Origin: an uncultured Actinomycetota bacterium
Lineage (GTDB): Bacteria > Actinomycetota > Actinomycetes > Propionibacteriales > Nocardioidaceae
Reading direction: 5' to 3'
Length of the DNA: 64,000 nt
Assembly (NCBI GenBank): GCA_963767955.1
Contig: CAVYGA010000002.1
Span: 271,622 to 335,621, forward strand
This document shows positions 1 through 8,300 of this stretch, one piece after another. A program made the translations under genes and the position numbers. Within the stretch, counting starts at the first letter, position 1; the number at the start of each line of letters is the position of its first letter. The notes below the pieces were generated by a model that saw only the letters and a program-made list of their open reading frames with translations, was not told where the DNA came from and did no database searches.

Positions 1-328
1 ACCGTGTGGTCCAGTCGGACGGCTAGCGTTCGAGAATGGACATGCGCAGGTGGTTTCGGCGCGCAACCTCGATCCGATCGATGGCGGGCCTCTCCCATGC
101 ACCTGCGTCCTAGTGGCTGCACAGACGCGGTGCAATGACGCACAGCCAGCCGGTAGTGCGGCTCGCGGCCTGGGCTGAGTGCGGCCCGGGTGGGAACACG
201 GGTCGGGCTCTACTCGTCAACGTCCGTCGGACGCTCATGGCTGGCTGGCCGGTCGGTCCAGGTGGGCCAGCGCCGGACTGTCTCTGCCTCGACGAATGAG
301 CCGGCGTACTTGCGTCGCCGCAACCGGA

Positions 329-802
329 TCACGGGAGGTCCGCACTCGGCTGCCGCCCATTCCCGCATCTCTCTGCGTTTTGCTGCGAAACGACCTCCGC
401 TTGGATCTGTATGCGGTCGATGAGGACGACAAAGCCGGCCAGTGGGACGAGCGCCGTCCACGAGCCTCGCCACATTGCGTGCGCCACGAGCAGTCCCGCC
501 AGGCCGACGTACATGGGGTTTCGACTGATCGCGTTGGCACCGTCGGTCACCAGCACCGACGCACGGTCGGGTTGAAACGGCTCGAGGGTCGTTCCACTTC
601 GACGGAATCGGCGCGCTGCGGTGCCCGCCATCGACATGGACGCCAGCGAGAAGGCTGCTGCTACCGCAGCGCGACCTCTGCTCGGCGGTGGCTGCCCGCT
701 TGAGAGTGCACGCTGGGCTCCGGCTGCGCCGAGGGCAACCAGTGGTGGAGCAACGCGTGGCACGGCTACCACCCTGCGCCTACTGGATGGGTTTGTCGAC
801 AT
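329..802 (-). pseudogene. Isoprenylcysteine carboxylmethyltransferase/PEMT-family membrane methyltransferase, C-terminally truncated
   Basis: Family motif 'SRNPMYVGLAGLL...IDRIQIQAE' is present. The expected 'E..L...FG..Y..Y...V.RW' tail is replaced by unrelated sequence in all three frames. Confidence 0.6.
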
Positions 803-1005
803 GCCAACCGAATCGCGGTTGCACTCTCTCACCTCCGGACGCTGTCTCCATGCCAGACAGGTGCACCACGCGCCCCGAGATGCACCGAGCCGGGCCCAGA
901 TCGGGCCGGGAGAGTGCGAGCCACGGCGATGAACTGCCGAGTGTGTGCCGAGTTGCCATGCCGTCTCCTCAGTGAGGATTCCGGACCGGCCCAGTGGCCT
1001 GGTGT

Positions 1006-1082
<77 letters not shown>

Positions 1083-1205
1083 ATCGCGTCGACGTACGGA
1101 CGCAAGGCGAAAAGATACCACCGGGCCGGCGGCCCTCCGAATCCACCGTCCGCGCGGGTCCGCGGGTGCGCCGCAACGCTCCGCACGGGCACTACGGTGG
1201 CGGTG

Positions 1206-2471
1206 ATGGACGGTGATGCGACGGACGAGCCCCCCTGGCTGGCGCACGCCGCCCTCGGCAGGTTCACCACGACTCCGGACACCGACCAGGGCACGGTGAG
1301 CGGCCTGCTGGTCCTCGCCCGGGCCCTGCCGGAGACCCTCGCCCCGCGCCTCGAGGTCGACGGGGAGGCCGTCGAGACGACCTGGGGGCTGCGGTCGCCC
1401 GCGGTCCGCCGACGCCATCCCGACGCGGCCAACGCCGGCCGGGCGCGATTCCGCAGTGCACTCCTCCCCGCCCGCACCTGCGTCGTCGAGCTGTTGGTCG
1501 AGGACTCCCGGACCGGCGAGCGGACCACGCTCGCGACCCGTCACGTGGTGGCGCCGGGACGACCCGGCAGCCGCCGGGTCGAGGCGGTCCTGGACCGGAT
1601 CGAGCGGCTGCTCCACGACGCGGAGCGTGACGATGCGGTGCACGGCCGGCTCCGTCGAGCCTTGCGGCGGGTGCCTCCCGCCGACCGGGGCATCGAGTGG
1701 GACGAGGCCCGGGTGCTGGTGGACGCCGTGTTCCTGAGGAATGCGAGGGCTGCGCACCGTCGTCTCCGGGCCGTCCGGGACCAGCGGCGGGCTGCCGGGC
1801 ACGACGACGCCTTCGCCGCCTTCTGGACCAGGCTGCGGCGCGTCACCCACCCTCGTGTCCTGGTGGTCCACGGCTACAAGATCCCCTTCGCGGCCAGGGA
1901 CGAGGCCGCCGTCTGGCGTCAGACCGCCCGCCTGGCCGACCGCATCGAGGCCCTCGGCTACCCGACGTGCGTCGGCTCCGGAGCCCTGCTCGGGCTGGTG
2001 CGCGAGGGAGGGCTCATCGGGCACGACGACGACGTCGACCTCGTCGTGCTGCTGTCCGGTGACAGCATCGCGGACGTGGTGCGCAGCTGGCTCACGTTCA
2101 AGGACCGGTTGGCGCAACTCGGCCTGCTGCGCCTCGACTTCGAGGACGGGCCACAGTCGCACTGCAAGCTGGTCGCGGAGGGTGGACTGAGCGTGGACGT
2201 CTTTCCAGCGTGGCTGCTCGGCGACCGGCTGTTCGCGTGGCCACTCACGTTCGGTGAGCTCGAGGCCGCCGACCTGGTGCCGCTCGACAGCCGCGACGTC
2301 GGCGGGGTCGTGGTGCGCGTTCCCCGGCGCCCCGAGGTGCTGCTCGAGCAGAACTACGGACCCGACTGGCGGAGCCCCGACCCGGCGTTCCGGTTCGACT
2401 GGGCGGCCGCCAATGACCGGTTCGAGCCGTTCCTCACCGAGCTGCGACGGGCGTACGCCGCGAGGCCGTGA
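1206..2471 (+). CDS. LicD-family nucleotidyltransferase-fold (phosphotransferase) protein with N-terminal extension
   Basis: 'GSGALLGLVREGGLIGHDDDVDL' matches the LicD GTLLGAVRHxGFIPWDDDxD motif, with a downstream 'VDVFP'. Start moved to ATG 1206 (TACGGT -10 lies 7 nt upstream); the longer ORF overlaps the tRNA. Confidence 0.7.
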   Translation: MDGDATDEPPWLAHAALGRFTTTPDTDQGTVSGLLVLARALPETLAPRLEVDGEAVETTWGLRSPAVRRRHPDAANAGRARFRSALLPARTCVVELLVEDSRTGERTTLATRHVVAPGRPGSRRVEAVLDRIERLLHDAERDDAVHGRLRRALRRVPPADRGIEWDEARVLVDAVFLRNARAAHRRLRAVRDQRRAAGHDDAFAAFWTRLRRVTHPRVLVVHGYKIPFAARDEAAVWRQTARLADRIEALGYPTCVGSGALLGLVREGGLIGHDDDVDLVVLLSGDSIADVVRSWLTFKDRLAQLGLLRLDFEDGPQSHCKLVAEGGLSVDVFPAWLLGDRLFAWPLTFGELEAADLVPLDSRDVGGVVVRVPRRPEVLLEQNYGPDWRSPDPAFRFDWAAANDRFEPFLTELRRAYAARP

Positions 2472-2477
2472 CCGAGG

Positions 2478-3305
2478 TCAGGACCCGACGGCAGTGCGGG
2501 CCGGGCCCTCGTCGGCGTCCCGCCCGGCCTTGGCGGCGGCGTCCGCCTCGCGCGCGATCGCGGCGGACTCCTCGGTGCGGCCGGAGGTCCAGGCGCCGGG
2601 CTCGCCGAGGTCGATGGTGCGGACGGAGCGGCGGGTGGCGGCCGGCTTGGTGACGTACGTCGGGAGGGTGACCGGCAGCGGATCCCAGAGCGTGCCGTCG
2701 GCGACCGCCGGCATCGTCGCGGTCTCGGCGGAGGAGGCGACCTCGTCGAAGCCCTGGGCGTTGCGCTCGACGGAGTAGTCGGCCGGCAGGTCCGCGGTCA
2801 CATCGCGGGCCGGGGGCGCTTCGGGCTCGGCCAGCCCGACCGGTGCCTCGGCTCGGATCTCGGACCTCACCATCACCCGGCACAGCACCAGCCAGACCAC
2901 GACCAGCCCGGCGGGCGCCGCCTGCCAGACCCAGCCGACCAGCTGCACGGAGGCCAGCGTGGCGACGACCGCATTGGCGAGCAGCAACAGGCCGAGCACG
3001 TTGCGCCGACGACGGGTCGCCCGCGCGACCGTCTCACGCCGGGCACGCAGCTGTGCAGGGGTGGGCGCAGCTGCGGTGGGCTTGACGGTGACCTCGGCGG
3101 TCGAGGAGGCGCGTCCGGGCATCACGACGAGCCGGGCGTCGCGCTTGTTCACGGGCTCACGACGGGCGAGCACCCGCATGGTGTCGGAGAACCGGTCCAC
3201 CGACCTGCTGCGGGCCACCTCGTCGTGGTGACGCAGCGCTTTCGGGATCAGGTAGACCGCCCAGGCGATGGCAAGGGCGACGAAGATCATTCCGGAAAGT
3301 CCCAC
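2478..3305 (-). CDS. SepX/GlpR-like divisome membrane protein
   Basis: N-terminal TM 'MIFVALAIAWAVYLIP', Arg-rich segment, two further TMs, C-terminal 'WDPLPVTLPTYVTKP'. Position downstream of galU-moeA-rimJ and near tRNA-Ala matches mycobacterial Rv0996/corynebacterial glpR. Confidence 0.7.
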   Translation of the reverse strand: MGLSGMIFVALAIAWAVYLIPKALRHHDEVARSRSVDRFSDTMRVLARREPVNKRDARLVVMPGRASSTAEVTVKPTAAAPTPAQLRARRETVARATRRRRNVLGLLLLANAVVATLASVQLVGWVWQAAPAGLVVVWLVLCRVMVRSEIRAEAPVGLAEPEAPPARDVTADLPADYSVERNAQGFDEVASSAETATMPAVADGTLWDPLPVTLPTYVTKPAATRRSVRTIDLGEPGAWTSGRTEESAAIAREADAAAKAGRDADEGPARTAVGS

Positions 3306-3311
3306 GCTCAG

Positions 3312-3359
3312 AGATTAGGAGGACTAGCGCACCGTGGGACGGATGTCCATAGGTGTGTC
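3312..3359 (-). promoter_or_regulatory. Leaderless sepX promoter (-10 TAATCT) with an upstream GACAC (WhiA-type) motif
   Basis: TAATCT at 3317-3312 lies 6 nt before GTG 3305; GACAC at 3359-3355. Confidence 0.45.
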
Positions 3360-3365
3360 GCAGAA

Positions 3366-3968
3366 CTACTCGTGTGACTGTTGTGATTCCAGGTGGGCGA
3401 CCAACCCGCCGGGGCACTCCTCGGCGGTGATCGCGAAGATGCGGTGGTCACGCCAGGCGCCGTCGATGTGCAGGAACCTCGGCGCGAACCCGACCTCGTG
3501 GATCCCCAGCTTCTCCACGACGCGCAACGAGTTGGTGTTCTCCGGCCGGATGCAGACCTCGACCCGGTGCAGCCCGGCCACCATGAAGCAGTGGTCGATC
3601 ACCATCGCCACGGCCAGCGGCATGATCCCGCGCCCGGCCAGCCGCTGGTCGAGCCAGTAGCCGATCGAGGCGAACTGCGCCGAGCCGCGGACGATGTTGT
3701 TGACCGTCACCTGGCCGACGAAGGCGCCGTCGACCTCGACCGCGAACGGCATCGCCGCGTCCTCGCGGGCCAACCGGGACAGCCGGCGGACCAGGGAGCG
3801 GAACGATGCCGGGCGGGCCTGCGAGGCCGGCGGGACCGTCGCGTCCCACGGCTTCAGCCAGGCCGCGTTGCGGACCCGGACCTCGCGCCAGGCCCGCGCG
3901 TCACCGCTCTCCAGCGGCCGCAGCGTCACCTCTCCGTGGCGCAGCACGACAGGCCAGTGCGCGGTCAA
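3366..3968 (-). CDS. rimJ: RimJ/RimL-family GNAT N-acetyltransferase
   Basis: 'GQVTVNNIVRGSAQFASIGYW...GLHRVEVCIRPENTNSLRVVEKLG...WRDH'; syntenic with Rv0995. Confidence 0.85.
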   Translation of the reverse strand: MTAHWPVVLRHGEVTLRPLESGDARAWREVRVRNAAWLKPWDATVPPASQARPASFRSLVRRLSRLAREDAAMPFAVEVDGAFVGQVTVNNIVRGSAQFASIGYWLDQRLAGRGIMPLAVAMVIDHCFMVAGLHRVEVCIRPENTNSLRVVEKLGIHEVGFAPRFLHIDGAWRDHRIFAITAEECPGGLVAHLESQQSHE

Positions 3969-4435
3969 TGGTCGCTTCCGACAGCCTGCTCGACCGCGTG
4001 CACGATCAGCGGCTCGAGCACCGCCAGGCCGTCCTTGACCCCGCCGCGCGAGCCGGGGAGGTTGACCACGACGCAGGAGCCGATCACGCCGGCCAGCCCG
4101 CGCGAGAGTGCGGCGGTCGGGACGCCCTTCGCCACGCCGTACGCCCGGATCGCCTCGGCGATGCCGGGAGCCTCACGGTCGAGCAGCGGCCGGGTGGCCT
4201 CCGGGGTGCGGTCGGTGGGGGTCAGTCCGGTGCCCCCGGTGGTGAGGACGACGCGCGCACCGGCGGCGACCGCATCGGCGATCGCCGCTCCCACCGGGTC
4301 GCCGTCCGGGACCACGACGGGCGGCTCGACGTCGAATCCCCAACCCTGCAAGGCCTCCACGATCACGGGGCCGGTCGTGTCGGCGTACACCCCGGCCGCG
4401 GCGCGGTTGGAGGCCACGACGACGGCGGCCTTCAT
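3965..4435 (-). CDS. MogA/MoaB molybdopterin adenylyltransferase family
   Basis: 'VVLTTGGTGLTPTDRTPEAT...ALSRGLAG...VVNLPGS'. Confidence 0.9.
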   Translation of the reverse strand: MKAAVVVASNRAAAGVYADTTGPVIVEALQGWGFDVEPPVVVPDGDPVGAAIADAVAAGARVVLTTGGTGLTPTDRTPEATRPLLDREAPGIAEAIRAYGVAKGVPTAALSRGLAGVIGSCVVVNLPGSRGGVKDGLAVLEPLIVHAVEQAVGSDH

Positions 4436-4484
4436 GCGGGGACCCCGGCGGAGCGCGAGCGCAGCGACTGGTCCGCTGGGGTGG

Positions 4485-4958
4485 TCATGCTCTTCGCCAG
4501 TCGCCGGACTTGCCGCCGGACTTGGTGTCGATGCGTACGTCGGTGATCACCGCGGCCTTGTCGACGGCCTTGACCATGTCGATGACGGTCAGCGCGGCGA
4601 CCGAGACCGCGGTCAGCGCCTCCATCTCGACGCCGGTGCGGTCGGTGGTCCGCACGGTCGCGCTGATCTCGACGGCGTCGTCGCCGACGGTGAGGTCGAC
4701 GGTGACGCCCGAGATCGCCAGCGGGTGGCAGAGCGGGATCAGCTGGGGAGTCTGCTTGGCGCCCATGATCCCGGCCAGCCGGGCCACGGCCAGCGCGTCG
4801 CCCTTGGGGACGCCCTCACCGCGCAGCAGCGCGATCACGGCGTCGGAGACCAGCACCCGGCCGGACGCGGTCGCCTCGCGGGCGGTGACGTCCTTGCCGG
4901 TCACGTCGACCATCCGGGCCGCGCCGGTCTCGTCGACGTGGGTCAGCCGGTCACCCAT
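4485..4958 (-). CDS. moaC: Cyclic pyranopterin monophosphate synthase MoaC
   Basis: '[15 protein letters not shown]...[18 protein letters not shown]...[26 protein letters not shown]'; start moved to ATG 4958. Confidence 0.95.
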   Translation of the reverse strand: MGDRLTHVDETGAARMVDVTGKDVTAREATASGRVLVSDAVIALLRGEGVPKGDALAVARLAGIMGAKQTPQLIPLCHPLAISGVTVDLTVGDDAVEISATVRTTDRTGVEMEALTAVSVAALTVIDMVKAVDKAAVITDVRIDTKSGGKSGDWRRA

Positions 4959-4971
4959 CAGTCGTCTCCCA

Positions 4972-6192
4972 TCAGAAGTCCTGGTCGAGGAGCAGCACCT
5001 GGACCGCCTCACCGGGCGCCAGCGACTCGGTCTCGGCCGGCACCACGATCAGGCAGTTGGCGTCGGCCAGGTCGCCGATCAGGTGGGAGCCGTGCCCGCC
5101 GACCGGGGTGACCACCGAGGCGTCGTACTGGCCGCGCACCATCTGCTGCCGTCCCGGGATCGAGCTCATGCCGTGGGTGATCCGGGCGGTGCGGGTCGGG
5201 CGCTCGTGGGGCAGCCGGCCCTGCATCTTGCGCAGCGCCGGCAGCACGAAGGCCTGGAAGGAGACGTAGGCCGACACCGGGTTGCCGGGCAGGGTGAAGA
5301 TCAGCGTCTCGTCGTCACCGACGACCCCGAAGCCCTGCGGCTTGCCCGGCTGCATCGCGACCCCGCCGAACCACACCGTCCCGAGGCCGGAGAGCGCCTC
5401 CTTGACGACGTCGTAGTCACCCTGGCTGACACCGCCGCTGGTCACCACGATGTCGGCGCGCACCAGCTGGTCGGTGAGCGCCTCGGTGAAACCGCGGACG
5501 TCGTCCGCGACGGCGCCGACCCGGTAGGCGATGCCGCCGGCGGCAGTGACCGCGGCCGCGAGCATGTAGGAGTTGGCGTCATAGATCGAGTCGTGGCCCA
5601 GCGCCATCCCGGGCTCGCGGAGCTCGGTGCCGGTCGACATCACCACGACCCGCGGGCGCGGGCGCGACTTCACCGAGGCCCGGCCGGCGGCGGCGAGCAG
5701 GCCGAGCTGGCGGGGGCCGAGGACGGTGCCCTCGGAGATGAGTACGTCGCCCTCCAGCACGTCCTCGCCCGCGCGGCGGATGTGCTGGCCCTCCCGGGGC
5801 GCCTGACTGATCTGCACCTGGGCGACCCCGCGGTCGGTCCACTCGTAGGGCACCACCGCGGTGCACCCCTGCGGGACCGGCGCACCGGTCATGATCTTCA
5901 CCGCGGTGCCCGGCGACATCGCCAGCATGCCGGCCTGGCCGGCGCCGATCTCACCGACGACGGGCAGGTGCACGGGGCGGTCCGCGCGGGCGTCGGCGAC
6001 GTCCTTGAAGACGACCGCGTAGCCGTCCATCGCGGAGTTGTCGAAGCTCGGCAGCGGCAGCGGGGCGGTCACGTCCTCCGCGACCGGGAGGCCGAGGGCG
6101 TCCATCAGCGCCTGGTCGAAGACCGGCAGGGGCGTGACCGCGTCGAGGATCCGGGCGACGTGGTCGGCGACCGGGACCATCTGCTCAGGCAT
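4972..6192 (-). CDS. moeA: Molybdopterin molybdotransferase MoeA (gephyrin-like Glp)
   Basis: '[14 protein letters not shown]', 'IMTGAPVP', 'STGTEL', 'TSGGVSQG', 'MQPGKPQG', 'LPGNPVS'. ATG 6192 overlaps the UGPase stop. Confidence 0.93.
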   Translation of the reverse strand: MPEQMVPVADHVARILDAVTPLPVFDQALMDALGLPVAEDVTAPLPLPSFDNSAMDGYAVVFKDVADARADRPVHLPVVGEIGAGQAGMLAMSPGTAVKIMTGAPVPQGCTAVVPYEWTDRGVAQVQISQAPREGQHIRRAGEDVLEGDVLISEGTVLGPRQLGLLAAAGRASVKSRPRPRVVVMSTGTELREPGMALGHDSIYDANSYMLAAAVTAAGGIAYRVGAVADDVRGFTEALTDQLVRADIVVTSGGVSQGDYDVVKEALSGLGTVWFGGVAMQPGKPQGFGVVGDDETLIFTLPGNPVSAYVSFQAFVLPALRKMQGRLPHERPTRTARITHGMSSIPGRQQMVRGQYDASVVTPVGGHGSHLIGDLADANCLIVVPAETESLAPGEAVQVLLLDQDF

Positions 6193-7570
6193 CGGCACCG
6201 AGCACCGTTCCGGGAGCGACCCGCTGGGCGGTCTTCGGCCGGTCGAGCGAGACCTCGCCCTCGACGCTCACCCCGTGGCCGAAGGTCCAGTCGCCGTCGA
6301 CGGTGAACGACGTCGCAGCCTTGAGCGACGGCGCACCCTCGGGGAACCGCTTGTCGAAGTCGCTGACGAACCGGAAGAACTCGGGGTCGAGCTCGACGTA
6401 CGGCACGCCGTTGCCGTCGAGATCGAGCACGAAGTCCTTGCCGAGGCCGTAGATGTCCGAGCGCAGCACCAGCAGGTCGTCGGTGGTCTTCACCGGGACG
6501 AACCGGTCGCGGTCGACCGCGATGGTGCGGGCGTCCTCGAACACCTCGATGGCCGCGCCCATCGCGGTCTCGATCTGGATCACCTCCGGGCTGTCCGGGT
6601 CGCCGGGGTCGAGGCTCTTGGTGTTGCGGATCAGCGGCAGCCCGAGCACGCCCTGCCGGGCGATGAGGGTCTCGCGCATGGCGCGCAGGTCGAACCACAG
6701 GTTGTTGGTGCTCGTGTAGCGGTGCCGCTCGAGGTCCCCGAGCGACTCGAGGTCCTCTGGCAGCGTCTGGGCGCTCTCGCGGAGCACGATCCGGCCGTCG
6801 TTCTTGCGTCGGGCGAAGTGGCCGCCCTTGCGGTCGTTGGGGGTACGCCGCGTGGCCTCGATCGCGAACGGCGCACCGGAGGAGGCGAACCAGCCGGCCA
6901 CGCGGGCGTCCGGCACCGCGCCGAGGTTGTCGGAGTTGGACACGAAGGCCTGGGTGTAGCCCTGGTCGATCAGCCGGTCGAGCAGGCCGGTGCCGAGGAG
7001 GGCGGTGTAGATGTCCCCGTGGCCGGGCGGACACCACTCCAGGTCGGGGTCCTTGGGCCACGACGCCGGGGAGAGGTCCTTGGCCAGCAGTTTGGGCTCC
7101 TTGTTCTGCAGGAACTCCAGGGGCAGTCCCTCCACCGCGAGGCTCTCGTAGCGTGCGAGCGCCGCCATCGTGTCGCTCGAGGTGCGGAAGCTGTTCATGA
7201 AGATCAGCGGCAGGCGGGCGTCGTACTTCTCGCGGAGGAAGAGCACCTGTCGCGCGATGATGTCGAGGAACGAGAGGCCGCGACGCACGCACAGCAGGGA
7301 CTTGGCGCGGTCCATGCCCATCGAGGTGCCGAGCCCGCCGTTGAGCTTGATCACCGCCGTGGTCGCGATGGCGTCCGCGGCGACGTCGTCGGGGACCTCG
7401 ACGTCGGCCAGCGACTCCATGTCGTGCGGGTCGATCGCGGACTCGGGGATCATCCCGGTCTCGCCGTGCTCGAGGAGCCTGAAGTAGTGGGCGAAGACGT
7501 CGATGGCGACGGGATCGACTCCCGCATCGGCCATCTTGTCCCGGGCCCGGTTCAACGCATCACTGCCCAT
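6185..7570 (-). CDS. UTP--glucose-1-phosphate uridylyltransferase, eukaryote-like UDPGP family
   Basis: 'VIKLNGGLGTSMG...KS', 'WCPPGHGD', 'FVSNSDNLGA', 'RFVPVKTT'; occupies the galU position. Confidence 0.9.
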   Translation of the reverse strand: MGSDALNRARDKMADAGVDPVAIDVFAHYFRLLEHGETGMIPESAIDPHDMESLADVEVPDDVAADAIATTAVIKLNGGLGTSMGMDRAKSLLCVRRGLSFLDIIARQVLFLREKYDARLPLIFMNSFRTSSDTMAALARYESLAVEGLPLEFLQNKEPKLLAKDLSPASWPKDPDLEWCPPGHGDIYTALLGTGLLDRLIDQGYTQAFVSNSDNLGAVPDARVAGWFASSGAPFAIEATRRTPNDRKGGHFARRKNDGRIVLRESAQTLPEDLESLGDLERHRYTSTNNLWFDLRAMRETLIARQGVLGLPLIRNTKSLDPGDPDSPEVIQIETAMGAAIEVFEDARTIAVDRDRFVPVKTTDDLLVLRSDIYGLGKDFVLDLDGNGVPYVELDPEFFRFVSDFDKRFPEGAPSLKAATSFTVDGDWTFGHGVSVEGEVSLDRPKTAQRVAPGTVLGADA

Positions 7571-7638
7571 GCCTCCGATCGTAGGCCGCCGGGGGCGACG
7601 AGGCCGAACGGGCCTCCTCGGCGCCCTAGGCTGGCCCC

Positions 7639-8226
7639 ATGTCCCCGACGGGTTCGCAGGCCAAGTCCGCGTTGCGCGACCAGCTGCTGACCGCCCGCGG
7701 ACGGCGGTCGCTGCTGGAGGTCGGCGAGGCCGCGCGGTCGATCGCGGCCCACCTGCTGGCGCATCCGGAGGTACGTCGCGCGGCCACCGTGGCGGCGTAC
7801 GTGTCGGTGGGCAGCGAGCCCGGCACCGGCGTACTCATCGACGCCCTCGTGGCGGCCGGCAAGCGGGTGATCCTGCCGGTGCTGCAGCCCGACGGCGACC
7901 TGGACTGGGCGCTGTACCAGGGCTCGGCGGCGCTGGCTCCCGCCGGGCGCGGGCTGCTGGAGCCGGTCGGGCCGCGGCTGGGCCTCCAGGCGGTCGCCGG
8001 TGCGGACGTGGTGCTGGCGCCCGGGCTGGCGGTGGCCGTCGACGGCACCCGGATGGGCCGTGGCGGCGGGTCCTACGACCGTGCCCTGGCCCGGGTTCCG
8101 GTGGGCACCTTCACCTGCGTGCTGCTCTATGACGACGAGCTCGTCGCCGGGGTCCCCCACGAGCCCCACGACCTCCCCGTCCGGGCCGCGGCCACCCCCG
8201 CCGGGATCACCCCCTTTTCGGGGTAG
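7639..8226 (+). CDS. 5-formyltetrahydrofolate cyclo-ligase
   Basis: 'VAAYVSVGSEPGT', 'LLEP', 'PGLAVAVDGTRMGRGGGSYDRAL', 'PHEPHD'. Confidence 0.92.
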   Translation: MSPTGSQAKSALRDQLLTARGRRSLLEVGEAARSIAAHLLAHPEVRRAATVAAYVSVGSEPGTGVLIDALVAAGKRVILPVLQPDGDLDWALYQGSAALAPAGRGLLEPVGPRLGLQAVAGADVVLAPGLAVAVDGTRMGRGGGSYDRALARVPVGTFTCVLLYDDELVAGVPHEPHDLPVRAAATPAGITPFSG

Positions 8227-8282
8227 TCCCTGACGTTCGGGCCCCTCTGGACCCGATTCAGGGGCCCGAACGTCAGGGACTA
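8224..8282. repeat. REP-like palindrome, 23-bp perfect inverted repeat
   Basis: TAGTCCCTGACGTTCGGGCCCCT-N13-AGGGGCCCGAACGTCAGGGACTA between convergent genes; near-identical copy at 46881. Confidence 0.85.
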
Positions 8283-8300
8283 TCCGAGATGTGTGGGGGA

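Noticed and set aside
44-107. CGCAGGTG...CACCTGCG inverted repeat resembling the stem of the 39.5-kb RNA
   Set aside because: Only 8 bp, with no shared flanking sequence or inner structure; probably coincidence.
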